Source of the DNA: Paraspadella gotoi
Lineage: Eukaryota > Animalia > Chaetognatha
Direction of reading: 5' to 3'
Length of the DNA stretch: 64,000 bases
Assembly (NCBI GenBank): GCA_051294375.1
Contig: CM119270.1
Location: 9,112,153-9,176,152 of the forward strand
Shown here: piece after piece, positions 31,701 to 46,845 of the stretch
Layout of the letters: each line of letters starts with the position of its first letter
Position numbering within the stretch: the first letter of the stretch is position 1
Made by a program: the position numbers and the translations under genes
Notes under the pieces: generated by a model
Told to the model about the DNA's origin: nothing
Seen by the model: the letters and a program-made list of their open reading frames with translations, nothing else
Databases searched by the model: none

Positions 31701-34699
31701 TAGATGGATTGCGACCACTTGGCATTGCAAAATGTCAAATTGTATAAGGAATCCCCACAACGATGCACCAACAATGTAAGGAAGAACATATTGCTATCAC
31801 TACACTTCTTAACAAACACAAAGTGAATGCCTCCAATGTCATTACGACCAATATATTCATATACTACCCAGGCAGTCCGCATCAACCCCCACACCTTCAA
31901 CATGCTAACCTCAGTCTGCACCACCCAGACAAATCCACAAACATAGCTATCCCACAGGTGTCTTCTCATTCCCTCTCGGCCAATAGTGAATATATATAGT
32001 GTTAGACGTGTCTTCAAAGAAGCCCCATAAAAGTCGCCATATTTGGTTCGACTGCCGACAGTAGTTGGTGCAAACAGTCCACGTCTAAATGCTCTCCTTA
32101 GATCTGGAAGTTGAATGTGACCCTAAATTTTGCTTTAACATCTCTCAGCCGAATCTATGACTAAATGAAGATGTGGTATTCGCGCGTATCAAAACTAGTG
32201 CGAAATGAATTGTACTATAAAGGTCAATTAGACGTAAGGTAAAAGATCTCGAATATAAAACCACGAGACGTCACCCAGCTAAGATTAGGATGAAGCAAAT
32301 AATAGAGTAAGAAGAGCGGTAAAGAACAGCCCTCAAAGTTATAGCAACCGTCCAATATCAATTATATGATCCTGAGCTTACATGCGCGCGCGGCCGGCAG
32401 GGCGCGGCATGTCCGCTCTGGTCGTGGGGTCTGCTGTCTCCGGTTCGGGCGCCGGCCGCTCTCTGCTTTCTCTGTCGTGCGGGGCTTCGACAGACCAGGC
32501 GACGAAGCAACGGTGCGTGTCGGCTGCCCTCTGTCCGTTTGCGGCGCGTTCGGTCCTGCGGCCGTGGTGCTCGAGGGTGGTGTGCTGGTAACAACAGGAA
32601 GACAGGATCGCCGTCGCGTTGCTCTGCGGTCCTGCTGGTAAGACACAGACACGAAGCGCGCCCGCCGGCCGCGCGCGCCCGCCACCCCGCACGAAGACGC
32701 TGGCCCGACCCGCGGCCGCGCGCGGGGCGGGCTCGGCCTGGCGGTTGTGGCTCGGCTACGGGTGCTTGGTGTCGGGGCTGGTGCGGGGGCGGTCTGCTGC
32801 AGGGCGGGCGGGCGCGGGCGCGCCGGGGGCGCTCCGTGGGGCGTCGTCTGGGTCTGGCTGCTGGCTGACACTTATCCCCTATCCAACTCAAAAAGAGGAT
32901 AATGACCCACTGCAGTGTAATAGAAGACCATCATAACCTAAGGGTAGTGAAGTAGGGTGGTGGAGATTGGAAGGTGCCCTCCCGAGTTTTTGATCTCATG
33001 TATTTGGTAGGACCTTGCTGTGCAACTGCTCCATGAAGAGATGTGCTGGTCTCTTGGCATCTTCTAGTGTCATTTTTAGGTTACTTATTATGGTGGCTTA
33101 GTGGCCTCTTTGTATGTGAGTCCTGAACCAGAATGGTCTGGCGAACAAAAAAATTTCTTTTATATTCTTAGGTATTCGCTGTCTATAACCATATGATAAA
33201 CAAGTCATTATTGCTAATAAATTAGTATGGTAGCTATCTGTGTATTAACACTGAGCTTCTTGTGTTATATAATGAAAAATCTCACCTATTGTACATGGAA
33301 CACAGCTTTGGCGGCGCGTCTGGGGTCTATGATCCTCTCTTATCACATTTACCCGACGCCAGTGATGGTTCCTTCACCTAAGGTAAAGAAGTGACCGAAA
33401 GGCGGGGGAGGATGGACGTTCTCTCGAAAGAAAACATTGTTGTCAGAGTCAACACAGCCTTCATATCTCTATTCACTTCTTTGTGTGTTCCCTAGCATCT
33501 TCCTTTATGCTATACTTCACCGCGCAACAAGGTATTGCAGCCAGAAAGACATATGTAAAAGACAGATGTTGGTTGACGGATGATCACTACTCCACTGAGG
33601 AGAAACACAAGCCTTTAACAGAAGAAACCATCCGGACAATAAGAGACGTCATGCCATAGCTTGCTCTCTTGTGTCCGGAGTCCAAGGTGGAAAGAACACA
33701 ATCCCACTCTCTACACTAAAATATATTCGACAACTTCATAATCCTTCTCGCCTTCCGACTGCTATCGTAGTCGTGCTATGGTGCCCTCGCAGCGCTGTAG
33801 CAACGAATATGTGAATAATCTTTGTGCTGTGACTCCATCGTTGCTTAAATGCCATGTTGTTACTCCTTGAATTCCCGAGTCTGCCATAAATATAATACGT
33901 ACCGCCGAACCATTCCCCTTTGACCGACTGCAACGAGAGCCTCATCCCTCCTAGCGTGAATATTTTATTTGTAGGTTTTCTCAAACGTCTATGTATAGTC
34001 CAGCTAACGAGTACTCTGTGTGTAGTGACTTGTGTTTCTATCTGGGAGGTGAAGCATGCTACCTGCATGGCCTCTCGCGCAGAGAGTGATTAGGGAAAGG
34101 TAGCGAGCTAGCAGGCAGTACGAAGGCAGAACTCATTTTTCGAATTAAACAGTCTCTCTGTCGGGAAAATACCTATTTCATTGATGCCTGCCACAGACAA
34201 TATCGTGTACCCGGCGGCGGCGCGCCCCCCCCCCACACACAAAAGAACACCCGGAGACGAAGGAGGGGAAAAAAAAAAAGGAAAAGAGAACACAAGAGGA
34301 AAATGAGGGAAAAAGAAAGAAGGACCGGTGCGGATTATGGTATACCCACAAATAAGAGAGGTCCAGCGGAAAATACTGTGTTTCACACAGTGAGTATGAT
34401 GCAAAGATATCTTGTTCCTGGCGTAATGTTTCTCGCACCTCTGTGGTCCCCGAGTTTCTACTCGATTCGCCTTCACTCTGGCCTACTGAAGAAGAAAAGG
34501 ATCTGTTGTCATTTGCAACTAGTGATTTTCCAAGTGCCCATACTATCGAGGCGGCTGCTTTCGTCAGCATGTCTCAGATGTTCTTTGAGAATTGGGCCCT
34601 CAAATGTCTCCACATGGAGAAAGGTTGAACAGGGCGTTTTTGCTATCTGCTTCTTTTTTTTGCAGAAACGCTTCAGAGGAAGCGCAAGCCTCGGTCCTT

Positions 34700-36120
34700 T
34701 GACACTTGAAGAGTGAAGATGGACAGTGAGAAGCTCGTTGCTTCAACTGCTCCAGGAGCAACATTTTGGTAAAAGAAGATTGCTATCCTTTCAGCCAGCA
34801 TCGCCTTCAGTTTCTCAGCGGCTCGGAAGTCAAAAGTCTTTCCCTTACGCCGCCTAGACCATTTCATTGGAAGTGATGGTCTCCTGAGAGTTGGTGGCCG
34901 ACTTCAGCGCCTTGTTGGAGAAGAGTATGATTCGAAGCATCCAATCATTTTGCCTGCCTCTTCTCGTATCACCAAGATGATCATCCCATTGGCGCCACTG
35001 CAGAGATGCGCATACCGGCCTGAACCAGATTCTGGCAAAGTTGCGGCGCAAGTTTTGGATCATCAAAGGGGTCGTGCTACTGTTCAGCGATCGTATTCGA
35101 CGCTGCAGACCGCTTGTAAGCGGGCTCATGGGAAAACTTTGCCAGCAGAAAGATGGCTCCTTTACCTAGTCTAACGTATTGGCGGTTGGTTACCTTTTGA
35201 GGTGACTGGAGTGGATTTGTTTGGTCCCTTCTAATGTGAAGTCAGGACGTCATACTCCAAAAGCGTTGGGTGCACTTTTTACTTGTCTCAAGATGCGCGC
35301 TATCCATTTGGAACCTCTGAGGGATAATATCAACTCCTGAGTTTTTGAATGCTTTTTGAACGTTTTCGTGCGCGACGCTGCCCGGTGTCAAGGTTCTTTG
35401 GAGGCGACAATGGCACCAACTTTCGTGGTGCAATCCAAAGAGTTGGATGATGCTCTACACAGCGTGGAACCAAGAGGCCGAAGAAACAGTTCAAGCATCA
35501 ATCGTATCGAAAGCTGGCTCTTCAATGCCTGCTGAGGCGCCCCATTGGGGGAGGCGCCTGGGAATCTCTCGTCAGATTACGAAGAAAGCGTTATTATCCT
35601 TATTCAGGGAAAAGACGTCTCGGACGTCGTATTGGTACCCTACATCTGCTCAGTGGAGAACATTGTGAATGATCGTCCTATTTACGAGGAATCCTGAGAG
35701 CGCGAAGGATCCGCCCGCCGCTTTCCCCGTCCATGTTGCTGTATGCCCGGTCTTCCTGCCCTTGGTGCGCACCTGACATGGTCCTCCAATGTCAATGGAC
35801 AGTGCGCCCCGCAACTTGCATGGCGAGCAGCTACGTACCGACATTGCTGATGAGTTTTGGAAAGCGGTGGCGTTATGAGTACATTGCCGAGCTGCAACAG
35901 CGCCAGAGTTGGACAAAGTCACACCGCAATCTCAAGAAGGGCCGACATCGTTATCAATCGCGAATGAACAAGCTACCTCGGTCCCTATTGGAGTCTTTGC
36001 CATTATAGAGAGCCGCTCGGGGATGGCACTATGTTGCGCCGTGTCCGAGTCCGTACGGCAAATAGGAAACTGTCCTTGACCGAGATTGCTCCAAGCTTGT
36101 CCTCCTCGAATGCCATGAAG
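34700..36120 (+). pseudogene. BEL/Pao pol C-terminus (integrase), frameshifted
   Basis: Fragments across frames: DGLLRVGGRL, SKHPIILP, LRRKFWIIKGRATV, PFEVTGVDLFGPF, TCLKMRAIHLE, DNGTNFRGA, APHWG, ADEFWKRW, EYIAELQQRQSW, RRVRVRTA. Confidence 0.88.
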
Positions 36121-36365
36121 AAGACGGAGAAGAAACTTGATATTTCCGATTCTAATCAACGTTTAGATTTTTATCTGTGTACGAGTGTACAATTTTTAAT
36201 CGTAGATGCTTTTACCATTTTTTATCATAGATGCTTTTACCATTTTTTATTGTAGAATGGTTTTATTCAATTTTTAGTATGATTGTAGTTCCCTATCGTT
36301 TTTAGCTAACCTAATCATTTTATTGTTCGCTTTTATTTATCAGGGAAACCCTAATGGCGGGGGTA

Positions 36366-37132
36366 TGGAGAAAAGCGATGGCCTTTTTTATTCGCGATAA
36401 TTGTTTAGTTTTGTTTTAGATCGATAGAAATCATTTGTCTTTCGTTGAATATCTGAATTTACTCTTCCCGCGCAATCAGCTGTTATTAGAGCTAACGAAC
36501 GAGCGTGTTTTCAGTTTTTATCTTTCACAAGTCTTTTACTCTCAATTCAAACACGTGTGTAAAAATGAAAAGGAAAATACTTTAAATAATGTTTTGTACT
36601 AAACTTTACTGCCAATGTTTTATTCTCTATTCTGGAACCCAAATTGAAGGTTAGTTACATTGGATTTATATTGAATTGTACTTAGGTTATATATGTTACT
36701 TAATAAGTTTAAGGTTTAAAGTTATTTAATACTAATTTAGCAATTGTCTATTTATATGTAAGTTTAACTCACACTCACACTCACACATTCTCTTGCCTCT
36801 CCTTGAACACCACCCTCCTTCTTGTTTATTTGTCTACTTACCATGAATATTTGTACCTGAAGATGGAATTGTATTATCTCAAATGTGGTTCTATTTCTGC
36901 TATTTTACATGGTTCTAAGAAATAAGGTTATAGTTAAGGTGTTTTACATGTTAGAACTGTTTTGTTTCCAAAAATACTTAATTTGAGAGCAGTTGAACAC
37001 GGGATTTGAATTCAATAAATTTAATTAGGGCAACAAATTAGGGCACTCTAGAAGAATAAGAGGATGAAACTTAGTTTTGTTTTATTTGCGATAACTCGGA
37101 TTATCTAGGTCGCGCGTTAAGAAGCGCATTCA
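36366..37132 (+). repeat. 3' LTR
   Basis: TGGAGAAAAG...GCGCATTCA immediately after the polypurine tract. Confidence 0.85.
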
Positions 37133-37260
37133 CTCTCCCTCCCTTTCTTTGCAACTTTGCCTTACTTTTTTCACGAATAGAAATCGGCCAAAACGAAAAC
37201 GTTTTTTAACTATTGTATTAGAAAACGTGAGAAAAAAATACTCATTCTTATTTCTTAGTT

Positions 37261-37318
<58 letters not shown>

Positions 37319-37456
37319 CTTTACCCCATTAAGATACTAAAAAAAATTTGTTTGACTCAGTTGAGTAATAGTTATGAAATTGGTTAGACAAACAAGTGTA
37401 GCTTTTGAAGGACCCGAAAATGGTGCCTAAAGCCGCCATCCGTATGTTTAATTTCT

Positions 37457-37520
<64 letters not shown>

Positions 37521-37840
37521 CTCCTTCTATNNNNNNNNNNNNNNNNNNNNNNNNNCTCTCCCTCTCTCGCTCTCTCTTTGCGGCCACTTTCAACCTCATT
37601 TAACCTCAGGGAAAGACAGGAATTTTTAATTTTTTCGTTTCTTGGTTTTTAATGTCATGCATTTTCGGATTATAGTTTGTCTTTTTAACGACAAGATGCC
37701 TAGAGTAATTTTGTATTGCAATGTTGACTGTCATTGCGTTTCGCTTCCGTTTTGAAACGCAGAGATAACTTATTTCTACTAGTGTTTTCATTATGATATT
37801 AACTCGACTGCAACATAATTCTCGGAAGCCATATCTCCAC

Positions 37841-38058
<218 letters not shown>

Positions 38059-38327
38059 CTTTCTCTCTCTACTTTCACGCTCCCTGATTTTTAGCATCGG
38101 CATAAAATTCTGCTTGTCTTCTGAGTCGATATTTACTTATCCCTCCCTTGCAAATTCTATTTTCCATTTGTTTACTACAAATCTTCAAGGACGAAAAACA
38201 AGTGACTGAAAGCTTGCGGAGTGGAACAATGGAAAAGATTACGATGTAAGATAAAAACAAATATAAGAACAATACAATAAAAAATATAGAAACAGAAGTA
38301 CAAAAAAGAGAACGAAAAAAGAAGGAC

Positions 38328-38407
<80 letters not shown>

Positions 38408-39404
38408 AAGCAAAACGTCAAGGCGATAAAGTTTAATCGAGTTTTCTTCAACCTTTAGTCCATACGGTCTACACTGTGCGACTGTTAAAAGCTCCAAAAT
38501 CAATATAAAAGATTGTTACTGAAGCTCCAAGAAGATGTCCTATCGGAGAGGCTTTTGCTAAGAGGGTGTGTTGTCTTCTTGTGCGAGACTGGTGACCTCA
38601 AAGCGCCGATAACAAGAAGACGTAATCACTGACTATGTACATTGTACAAAGGCAAATTCGAATTGGATTGTCGAAATACCTTAAAATATTTTTAAAAAAG
38701 GATGAGATAAAATAAAATTCAATTATTAAATCAGGCCTTGTCTTCGATTGATTTCACGTCGCAAAACGCAAACAGTAGAATACTAGAATAACTTCGACAC
38801 GTCACCAAAAGCGATGTCGCCAGCCGGAAATGGAAAAGAAATTCCTCTTTTAATTTTTGATGCCACGAAATAGATTTTTTGAAAGGGGCCATCGATCGTG
38901 GCTCACAGTTCTTTGTCTGTAGCGAGCAGCGCAACTGTGTTCATCTCGCTATTTTTGCAATTTTGTACAGTCCATGTGAATGAAAATAGCTGTCGGCTAC
39001 TTATTAAAAACTTTCAAGTACCCATCTGCTATCAGTTAGTCAAATTTACCAAGCGGAAAGAATTATTTGTGAGATACATATAATGTATGAAAGTTGCAAA
39101 ATATATATAAATATAACTATAATATTTATTGTTTTGGCCGAGTTGTCTTTCGGTGGAATCAGATATTTAAAGATCAAGAACACGGCATTTAAGAAACGAT
39201 CAAATGTAGACCACAGCATCACTGTCCATCATCACAATCTGACGTAAAACATCACCATCACAACAAACTAAACCTCCTGTCGATGCGACTTAACGGAAGA
39301 ATCGATCGTCTCTTGATGCTTCAAATGGTGCAAACTTTTGCTGTTGCTAAATGCCGAGCAATGTTGTAAATTGTAAAGCGAAGAGCGGAGATAAAGAAAG
39401 ACGG

Positions 39405-39735
39405 AGCGTGAGAAAGAGAAGAAAAAAGGGATAGAACGAGACAGAGCGTGAGAGAGAGAAGAAAAAGGGAAAGAACAAGACAGAGCGAGTGAGAGAAAAG
39501 AAAAAAGGGATAGAACGAGACAGAGCAAGAGAGAGAGAAGAAAAAAGGGATAGAATGAGAGAGAGCGAGAAAGAGAGAAGAAAAAAGGGATAGAACGAGA
39601 CAGAGCGAGAGAGAGAGAAGAAAAAAGGGATAGAACGAGAGAGAGCGAGAGAGAGAGAAGAAAAAAGGGATAGAACGAGACAGAGCAAGAGAGAGAGAAG
39701 AAAAAAGGGATAGAACGAGACAGAGCGAGAGAGAG
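39405..39735. repeat. 40-bp minisatellite, ~8 units
   Basis: GAGAGAGAAGAAAAAAGGGATAGAACGAGACAGAGCGAGA tandem. Confidence 0.9.
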
Positions 39736-41141
39736 AGAGCGAGAGAATTGAGCCGAAGATTGATTCGGGTCCTAAGAGGACTTTAAATGCCGAGGGAGCG
39801 CGCGGAGAAATGGCGGCTGATGGAGATTAGTAAAGAAATAAGAAAAATCGGCGGGAGAGCGGGCTTTACAATTCTTTTTTTTTTTTAATGAAAATTGTAA
39901 GTTTACTTGATTAACTTTACTATATAATTCTAGATTCCAAAAAATTTAAAATAAGTTGTTTGTATTGAAATTTTTGATCCATAGATAGGTTTTTTTGATT
40001 TATTAAACAAGAATTAAGTAATTGCAGTAAATAAGAAAGAGAAAGAAAAAAAAGATAAAAGAAAAAAGAAAATGAAAAGATAAAAAGATAAAAAGAGAGG
40101 AAGTCGTAAAAAAGACTGAAGTCGAAAACGAGGAAAAAAAAGAAAGTGAAAAAGAATAAAGAAAAAGGCAGAGAGAAGGGAAAACGACAACAACAGTGAA
40201 AGGAAATTGCTTACTGATTTCGAGAAGATTATAAACAGAAAAAAAAAATAGGAAAAATGGAATCGAGAAGAAGACGAAAACTCTAGAGACGCGAAAAATA
40301 AGAAAAGAGGAAAAAATAAACAAAAGAGCAACGCTACAACAACAACTACAAATACAAACATGAGGTCGCCCAAAAAGACGTCAGCAGCCGCGAGGACGAC
40401 GCTGACAAACACGAAGACCCAAAAGACGAAGATGACAATCACAACGATGATTGATGACAACCCCGAAGACATTATAAACGACAATGACAAAGAAAACAAG
40501 GACAAAGAGAGAAGAGAGAAGAGAGAAGAGAGAAGAGAGAAGCAGCTCCTTCATGGCTTTTCCGAGATTAAAGTATGAGACTTCGGCGCAGCGATTCGGC
40601 GGGAAGAATGTTAACATTTCGGGTCATATACATTGGGCTAAACACATTAGGTCATAGATATTAGGCCTTTCATCTTGGCCTCTCGCGTTTTGACATTGTT
40701 CCCTCGCCTCTCATTCACATTTTGAATCGACTTCGTTATGATATTTTAAGGCCTTAAATCGTTATAGGCGATGATGAAGAGGACGACGATGACGACGACG
40801 AACGCCGGCAACGACGTTTCACAAAATTTAGATTTTCAATTAATGACTTGAACGATTAAGGTACGAGGACGAAGACGACGACGACTACGTCGGCAGCGAG
40901 CAAAACGATGACAGAGGAGAGGCTACTGACAAAGAATTACAAACGAACGAACGAACAAACGAACGACAAAGTTGAACGTTTAATCGAGCGACAAAGGATA
41001 CAGAAACGAACGTTAATTTATTCAGTCTCGACAGAATTTAAAAAACCCTTTCGCGCCAAAGTTGATAACCGAAACCGTTTAACGTGAATGATCTCGATAT
41101 TCTCGCTTTAATTAATCCTGATTTCATCTTCGTCGTCACAA

Positions 41142-41242
41142 TTTTTAGTCGGAACTGCTGATAAGCAGATCCCGACTCTATAATTCACTCTGTCGGTCCG
41201 TACTATTGTTGTAATTTTTCTTACCAAATGTTAACCTCTGCT

Positions 41243-41280
<38 letters not shown>

Positions 41281-41327
41281 CTCTCTCTCTCTCTCCCTCA
41301 CAAAAAATTAATTTCTTTTCACTCACA

Positions 41328-41384
<57 letters not shown>

Positions 41385-41946
41385 AAAGTCAATGAAAAAA
41401 CATGAAAAATGTGAATTGTCAAAGCATTGATAAAGGCTTGAATTAAAGCCGAAACTTGTCTGTACCATAAAAAAAACCGTTGATGTATCAAGACTTTGTC
41501 TTTAATTTCAGATAAATTATGCAAAAAAATGATGTTCGTCCGTCCGCCCGTCCGCCCGTCCCTCCGTTTTGATGGAATCGTTTGAGTGGAAATGAGTTTA
41601 AATGGAAAAAAAACAAAAAACCTGTTTTCACTAATTGATTATGCTTAATTTTTTTTATAGTAAATGTAAATGCAAGATGTATTAATTAATCAAATAATTA
41701 ATCAGGTTAATTAATCAATAGTAAATTAATTAATCAATAATTAATTAATCAGTCAATCAATCAGGTCAATTATTATCGGCATTATTCTCATCGTCGTCAT
41801 TGCTAAAAACAAACATTTCGGATCAAATTAATTAATTAATTGCCTAATTAATTAATTAATTAACTTGAATAATTTAATTATTAATTAATTAATTAATTAC
41901 CGATAATAATCGTGGGCAGATCCGACATTGTTTGCTCAAACTTGTT
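41142..41946 (+). mobile_element. HINE/DINE-1-like element, copy 2
   Basis: Same termini as 3356-4180, with a (GTCC)n-like tract at ~41538-41565 and an apparent internal insertion ~41202-41535. Confidence 0.7.
41427..41460 (+). ncRNA. Degenerate minimal hammerhead-like motif
   Basis: TTGATAA-A-GGCT..AGCC-GAAAC-TT-GTC, followed by the tail CGTTGATGTATCAAGACTTTGTCTTTAATTTC shared with the 53280 copy. Confidence 0.55.
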
Positions 41947-42963
41947 TTTTTGTTGGAAGGGTTTGGGTTGATAAATTATGAATTTATTTAATAAGTTGAT
42001 TATCATCGACATCGAAATTTGCTAGTGAAATTCTATTTAACGGCGATATGGTCACAGAGTGTGCATCTCGAGAAACGAGTACAGAGACCCAGATGTCGAT
42101 CGCTATCGCTCCCTTTTTCCTTTTTCCTTTTCTCTCCAACCATAAACCGCTGGGTCCTAAAATCATAGTTTTGATTATATTTTATATATGAAAATGTTTT
42201 CTTGACTTCGTCCACGTCGATTACGTTTATCACGCTGGCAATAGAAAAATAGCGAGAGAGAGAGAGAGCGAGCGAGCTTGAGAGTTAGAGGGACAAGTAA
42301 ACAAATTGGAAAGCAAAATGAGTTGTTTCCGTAGAATCGTCGGTTTTGCTGTTTGTTTTCTTATTCCTCTCGAATCTAGATTTAACGGGTTGAGATTTAG
42401 TACTCGTGGGGATTTGGTCGTCTCAAAATTAATCCGGTTTGATTTAAAAAAAAATAACTCAGTAGTTGAGTATCACCCAAGAACATCGATGGCGACGACG
42501 TTGCGCCTGTGGGGGTGATTTAATTAAAACTAATTTTTTTATTAAAAAACTAGTTAACATAGTAGTTTAATTAAAACTTCACAAAACTTTAAACATACTA
42601 AAAATATAGCCAAGATGGAAGCAAAAGAAAAGAGCAATAAAACGGAGAGGCAATTGGAAAAAGAATAATAAAAAACAAGCGGAAAGAAAGATAGAAAATG
42701 TGGCAGGTGGATTCTGGAAGTGAAGGCGGAAACGCAATAATATTTTAAAATCCCCACTGACGAAAAGAGGAGATTAATTTCTAATATTCTTTAAGGCGAG
42801 AAAAATATAAGCGGGCCGCAGCTGAGCGAGCGCTTTGGCATGAGCGTCTGGCTAATACGTCTTACTGAGATCTTTTTTCCCTATTTTTGCTTATCGATAG
42901 GGCTAGTTAGCGTCATGGCGTCTGAACGTTTCTCGATCAATACGTTACGCTTTTAAAAATTTA

Positions 42964-43960
42964 CAAGGTTCGGAATAAAAACTTATAAAAAATTTATTAT
43001 CTTTACAAATAAACGCATATCTCCTAAACCCTTTGAAGGATACCAATAATATAAAATTTATATCAAATATAAACCAATTGTATTATTCTCGAGGTTCACC
43101 GCATTCCGAGCTTTTACGGCCTCTCCATGAGGGGGAAAAGTGCATACATATTTGTAAAAATGTTTTTACAAAGTTTCGTTCAAAACTTAACAATGTTTTT
43201 TTTTGAAAGCTTCTATACTTGGGTTTCAGGACCTGGGGGTCTTAAGTTTATATCAATTGGCTTGAGCATCTGTTTTATTTACCATATTAGAATTATAATG
43301 ACCCATCTTTATATCATCTCTTGTTATTAGCCCAAGCTCTACAACATAATAATCCTGTCGCAATAACAAGTTAACAAGTTAACCGCAGCTGTGACAGAAA
43401 ATAGTTCATTATCATAATAATATGTTATTACCTCAAAATGTTAATTTTTATAGAAGCAGTTTTTCCCATAGAGCTAAGCTTTCTTTGCATAGCCATTGCA
43501 TCATAATGCTGCTAGGGGACATATACATATTGTTTGATAAGCAATTAAGCATATTGCCTAATTTTTCTAAAATATCCTCTTTCCTATTTTCATCAGGTCT
43601 GACAACCCCTTTTTGGTAAATTTCGAGATTGTCCTTTAAATCCCACATGAGTAAATATTATCACTCCTCATTGTGGCCACTTCATTCGTCTTTTCATGGC
43701 GCATCTTCACCTGACACAGAAAAATTCTTAATGGAGACTCAAAATCAATGTCAAATCTATTTTTGATTGATTTGGGCGCAAAGGGATACTGACAACTTAT
43801 CTTTTCTGGCTCACTGTTAATTTATTTTGTAATATAAGTTAATAATATTTGGGTAATAAACACTTAGCTTTCATTTTAACTCTTTTATGAAAATTTTTAT
43901 AAAAGATTTAAAAATCTCTTGTCTTTTAAATAGAATTATAAGTTTTGATCCCGGACCCTG
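42964..43960. mobile_element. Putative non-autonomous DNA transposon (hAT-like ends)
   Basis: 25-bp imperfect TIRs (21/25) CAAGGTTCGG.../...CCGGACCCTG; no TSD seen. Confidence 0.4.
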
Positions 43961-44421
43961 AATGATAAAAAAAACAAACAGAAATGAATTCCTTAAAAAT
44001 TATTAATGAATTAACCAGCAGCTGTTTCCTCGAAGAAACGCTTCGTGACCTTTTCGCTCAGGTTTCTTTGTAAGCTCAAGTGTCAAGACCCTAGTTATTT
44101 TTATGAAGATATTTCACCGTATATATTCCTCATTGAAGTATCATGTTGTCACCCAATTCGTCTTTGTGACCGAAATGGATTTCCCGACATTATAATTTTC
44201 TGCGTCGCCGTCGTCGTCGTCGTCGTCGTTCCGTCGTCGTTGTTCTTGACTTCGCGATCATCTCTCACGGACTAAAAAACCTTTCGACTCGAAAAAAGGA
44301 AAGAAAGGCGTAGTCGGACTTTTGAGACCAAAAAACCCTTCGGGGGCCAAAAGGCCCGGACCTTTCGATTCAGCCGAAAGGATTCGGATCCCGAGGCGGC
44401 CCCGCTGCCCCGGCTGCCCCC

Positions 44422-44504
<83 letters not shown>

Positions 44505-44896
44505 CTCTCTCTCGACGAGGGCGAAAAATCGTTCCTTTCAGCTCCGCGTTAATCGCCCGCCATTTGGTGAAAAACGATCCAATTTTGGGTTGGCATTCTG
44601 ATTCCCTTTTTGCTGAGGTCCTTCTTTTTGATCCGCCGGAGGGTTCATTCGGACACATTCGCGAAGAATGTCGGACGTCGTCGTTGCAAAACCTTTTTTT
44701 TTTCGGCGGGGGGGGTGTGAAGGGGGGAGGAATTTTCTTCTCAATTCCGAATCCAGAATCTGGATTTATCTCTGTCTCTGGCTTCCTCCATTCTTTTCTC
44801 AGAGAAAATCTCGCCGAAGAGAGATTTTCCATAATGTCCGCCATTTTTATTTCAGATAATAAAAGCGAATAAACGAAGATGTTTCAGTTTCTTTAC

Positions 44897-45029
<133 letters not shown>

Positions 45030-45499
45030 GCAAATTCCTCAACAAACAGAAAGCATTGCTGTACTCGACGCCATTGGCCGAAATAAGCATTCAGAAACCC
45101 TTAAAAAAAGAGCCAAAAACCGAATTTTCAACATCGTCAAACACACAGAAGTTTTCGGGGATTACGTCGCCAAATAAGGGAAAGAGACCCACATCATCAT
45201 CCATCAATCCTGGACAAAATCCTAGACGATGACAATGTTCCAGTTACTAAATGTTATTTTAATATGAATCATTTTTACGTAGCTTGTAGTAGATAAGGCG
45301 ACAATTCCTTTTTTGTAATTGAGTACTAACTTATGATTAGTATCGACCTTTTAGCAGATTGGTAGACTGTTACTGTAAAGAGTTTCACTCTAAATGACCG
45401 GTCTTATAATTTGACCGAGAGAGAAAGATAGGCGAGGCATAATATTTCTACAGTTACCATAGAGGTCCTTCTTGCAGAAGGTACCTAGGTCCATGTACA

Positions 45500-45611
<112 letters not shown>

Positions 45612-46811
45612 CAAAAGATAAAGCATGAATTGAAATTGAATTAATCAATGTTAACTTTTCAGTATTATACTATACATCAGTGACGTATTCTCAGTCGCTC
45701 AGTCGGTCTTGGAGTTTAATTTTAACTTTAAAGATACTAGTTTTTAACATTTTGTATGAAACAAGACGAAAGATAAAATTAAGAAAGAACTACAAAAATA
45801 AAAAAGACGACGACGACGACGACAAAGAAACCGTCAGCATCATCGCTGACTCAAAGTTCAGCTTCGTGTTCCCCCCCCCTCGCCCCCATTCCTTCCCTTC
45901 GATCAACTTTCACGTCCACAACATTTTTTTTATCGTCAAATTTTTTCCATTTTTTTATTTTTAATCCATTCATGTTGATGATTATATTATGTAAAGACGA
46001 TGAGAGGATGCAGGTAGCCTACAGCAAGAACGATATTAATATATTACGTCTTTGATATCTAGAATTTATTTTCTTTCTGGTTTGTTTGCTTATTTTTTTT
46101 TAATTTAATGAACTACAAACAAAATGAAAAAGAAAAATATGAATGAAAACGATAAGTGGAAGATAAAGTGAAAAAATGTATATACTTAAAAAACTATCAA
46201 AAAAATAAGAAAGTTTGTTTAAAATTAATATGTAATATGTAATATACTGGTATATTTATATTGGTTGTACCAATTTCATAGAAAGTTTGTTTTATTGATT
46301 TCAAAAGAGAATTTAAGCAAAAATGAAGAAAAAAATGAAGAAAAAATGAAGAAAAGTTGGAAAAAGTCGAGGAAGAAAGGGATAGAGAAGAAAAAGGAAA
46401 AGGAGCGCTAAGGAAGTCGACGGCGAGAAAAAAAAAACGGGGAAAAATCAGAGGATATTGAATTTCGAACATTTTTCCTAAACCGTCTATTCATCCGTTG
46501 CACGAGGAAAAAAAATTTCAAACTTTTTTTTTCTCCTTTTTTGAATTCCGTTTTATTTTTTTTTNNNNNNNNNNNNNNNNNNNNNNNNNNNNNNNNNNNN
46601 NNNNNNNNNNNNNNNNNNNNNNNNNNNNNNNNNNNNNNNNNNNNNNNNNNNNNNNNNNNNNNNNNNNNNNNNNNNNNNNNNNNNNNNNNNNNNNNNNNNN
46701 NNNNNNNNNNNNNNNNNNNNNNNNNNNNNNNNNNNNNNNNNNNNNNNNNNNNNNNNNNNNNNNNNNNNNNNNNNNNNNNNNNNNNNNNNNNNNNNNNNNN
46801 NNNNNNNNNNN

Positions 46812-46845
<34 letters not shown>

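Larger units (their letters stand above)
27985..37132 (+). mobile_element. BEL/Pao LTR retrotransposon, full length (~9.1 kb)
   Basis: Paired TG...CA LTRs, CTCTCC on both flanks (TSD), PPT GGCGGGGGTA before the 3' LTR, BEL-type integrase motifs. Confidence 0.9.

Noticed and set aside
35847-35863. CTGATGAG...GAAA hammerhead-like text
   Set aside because: No stem II; it is the codons for ADEFWK in the integrase
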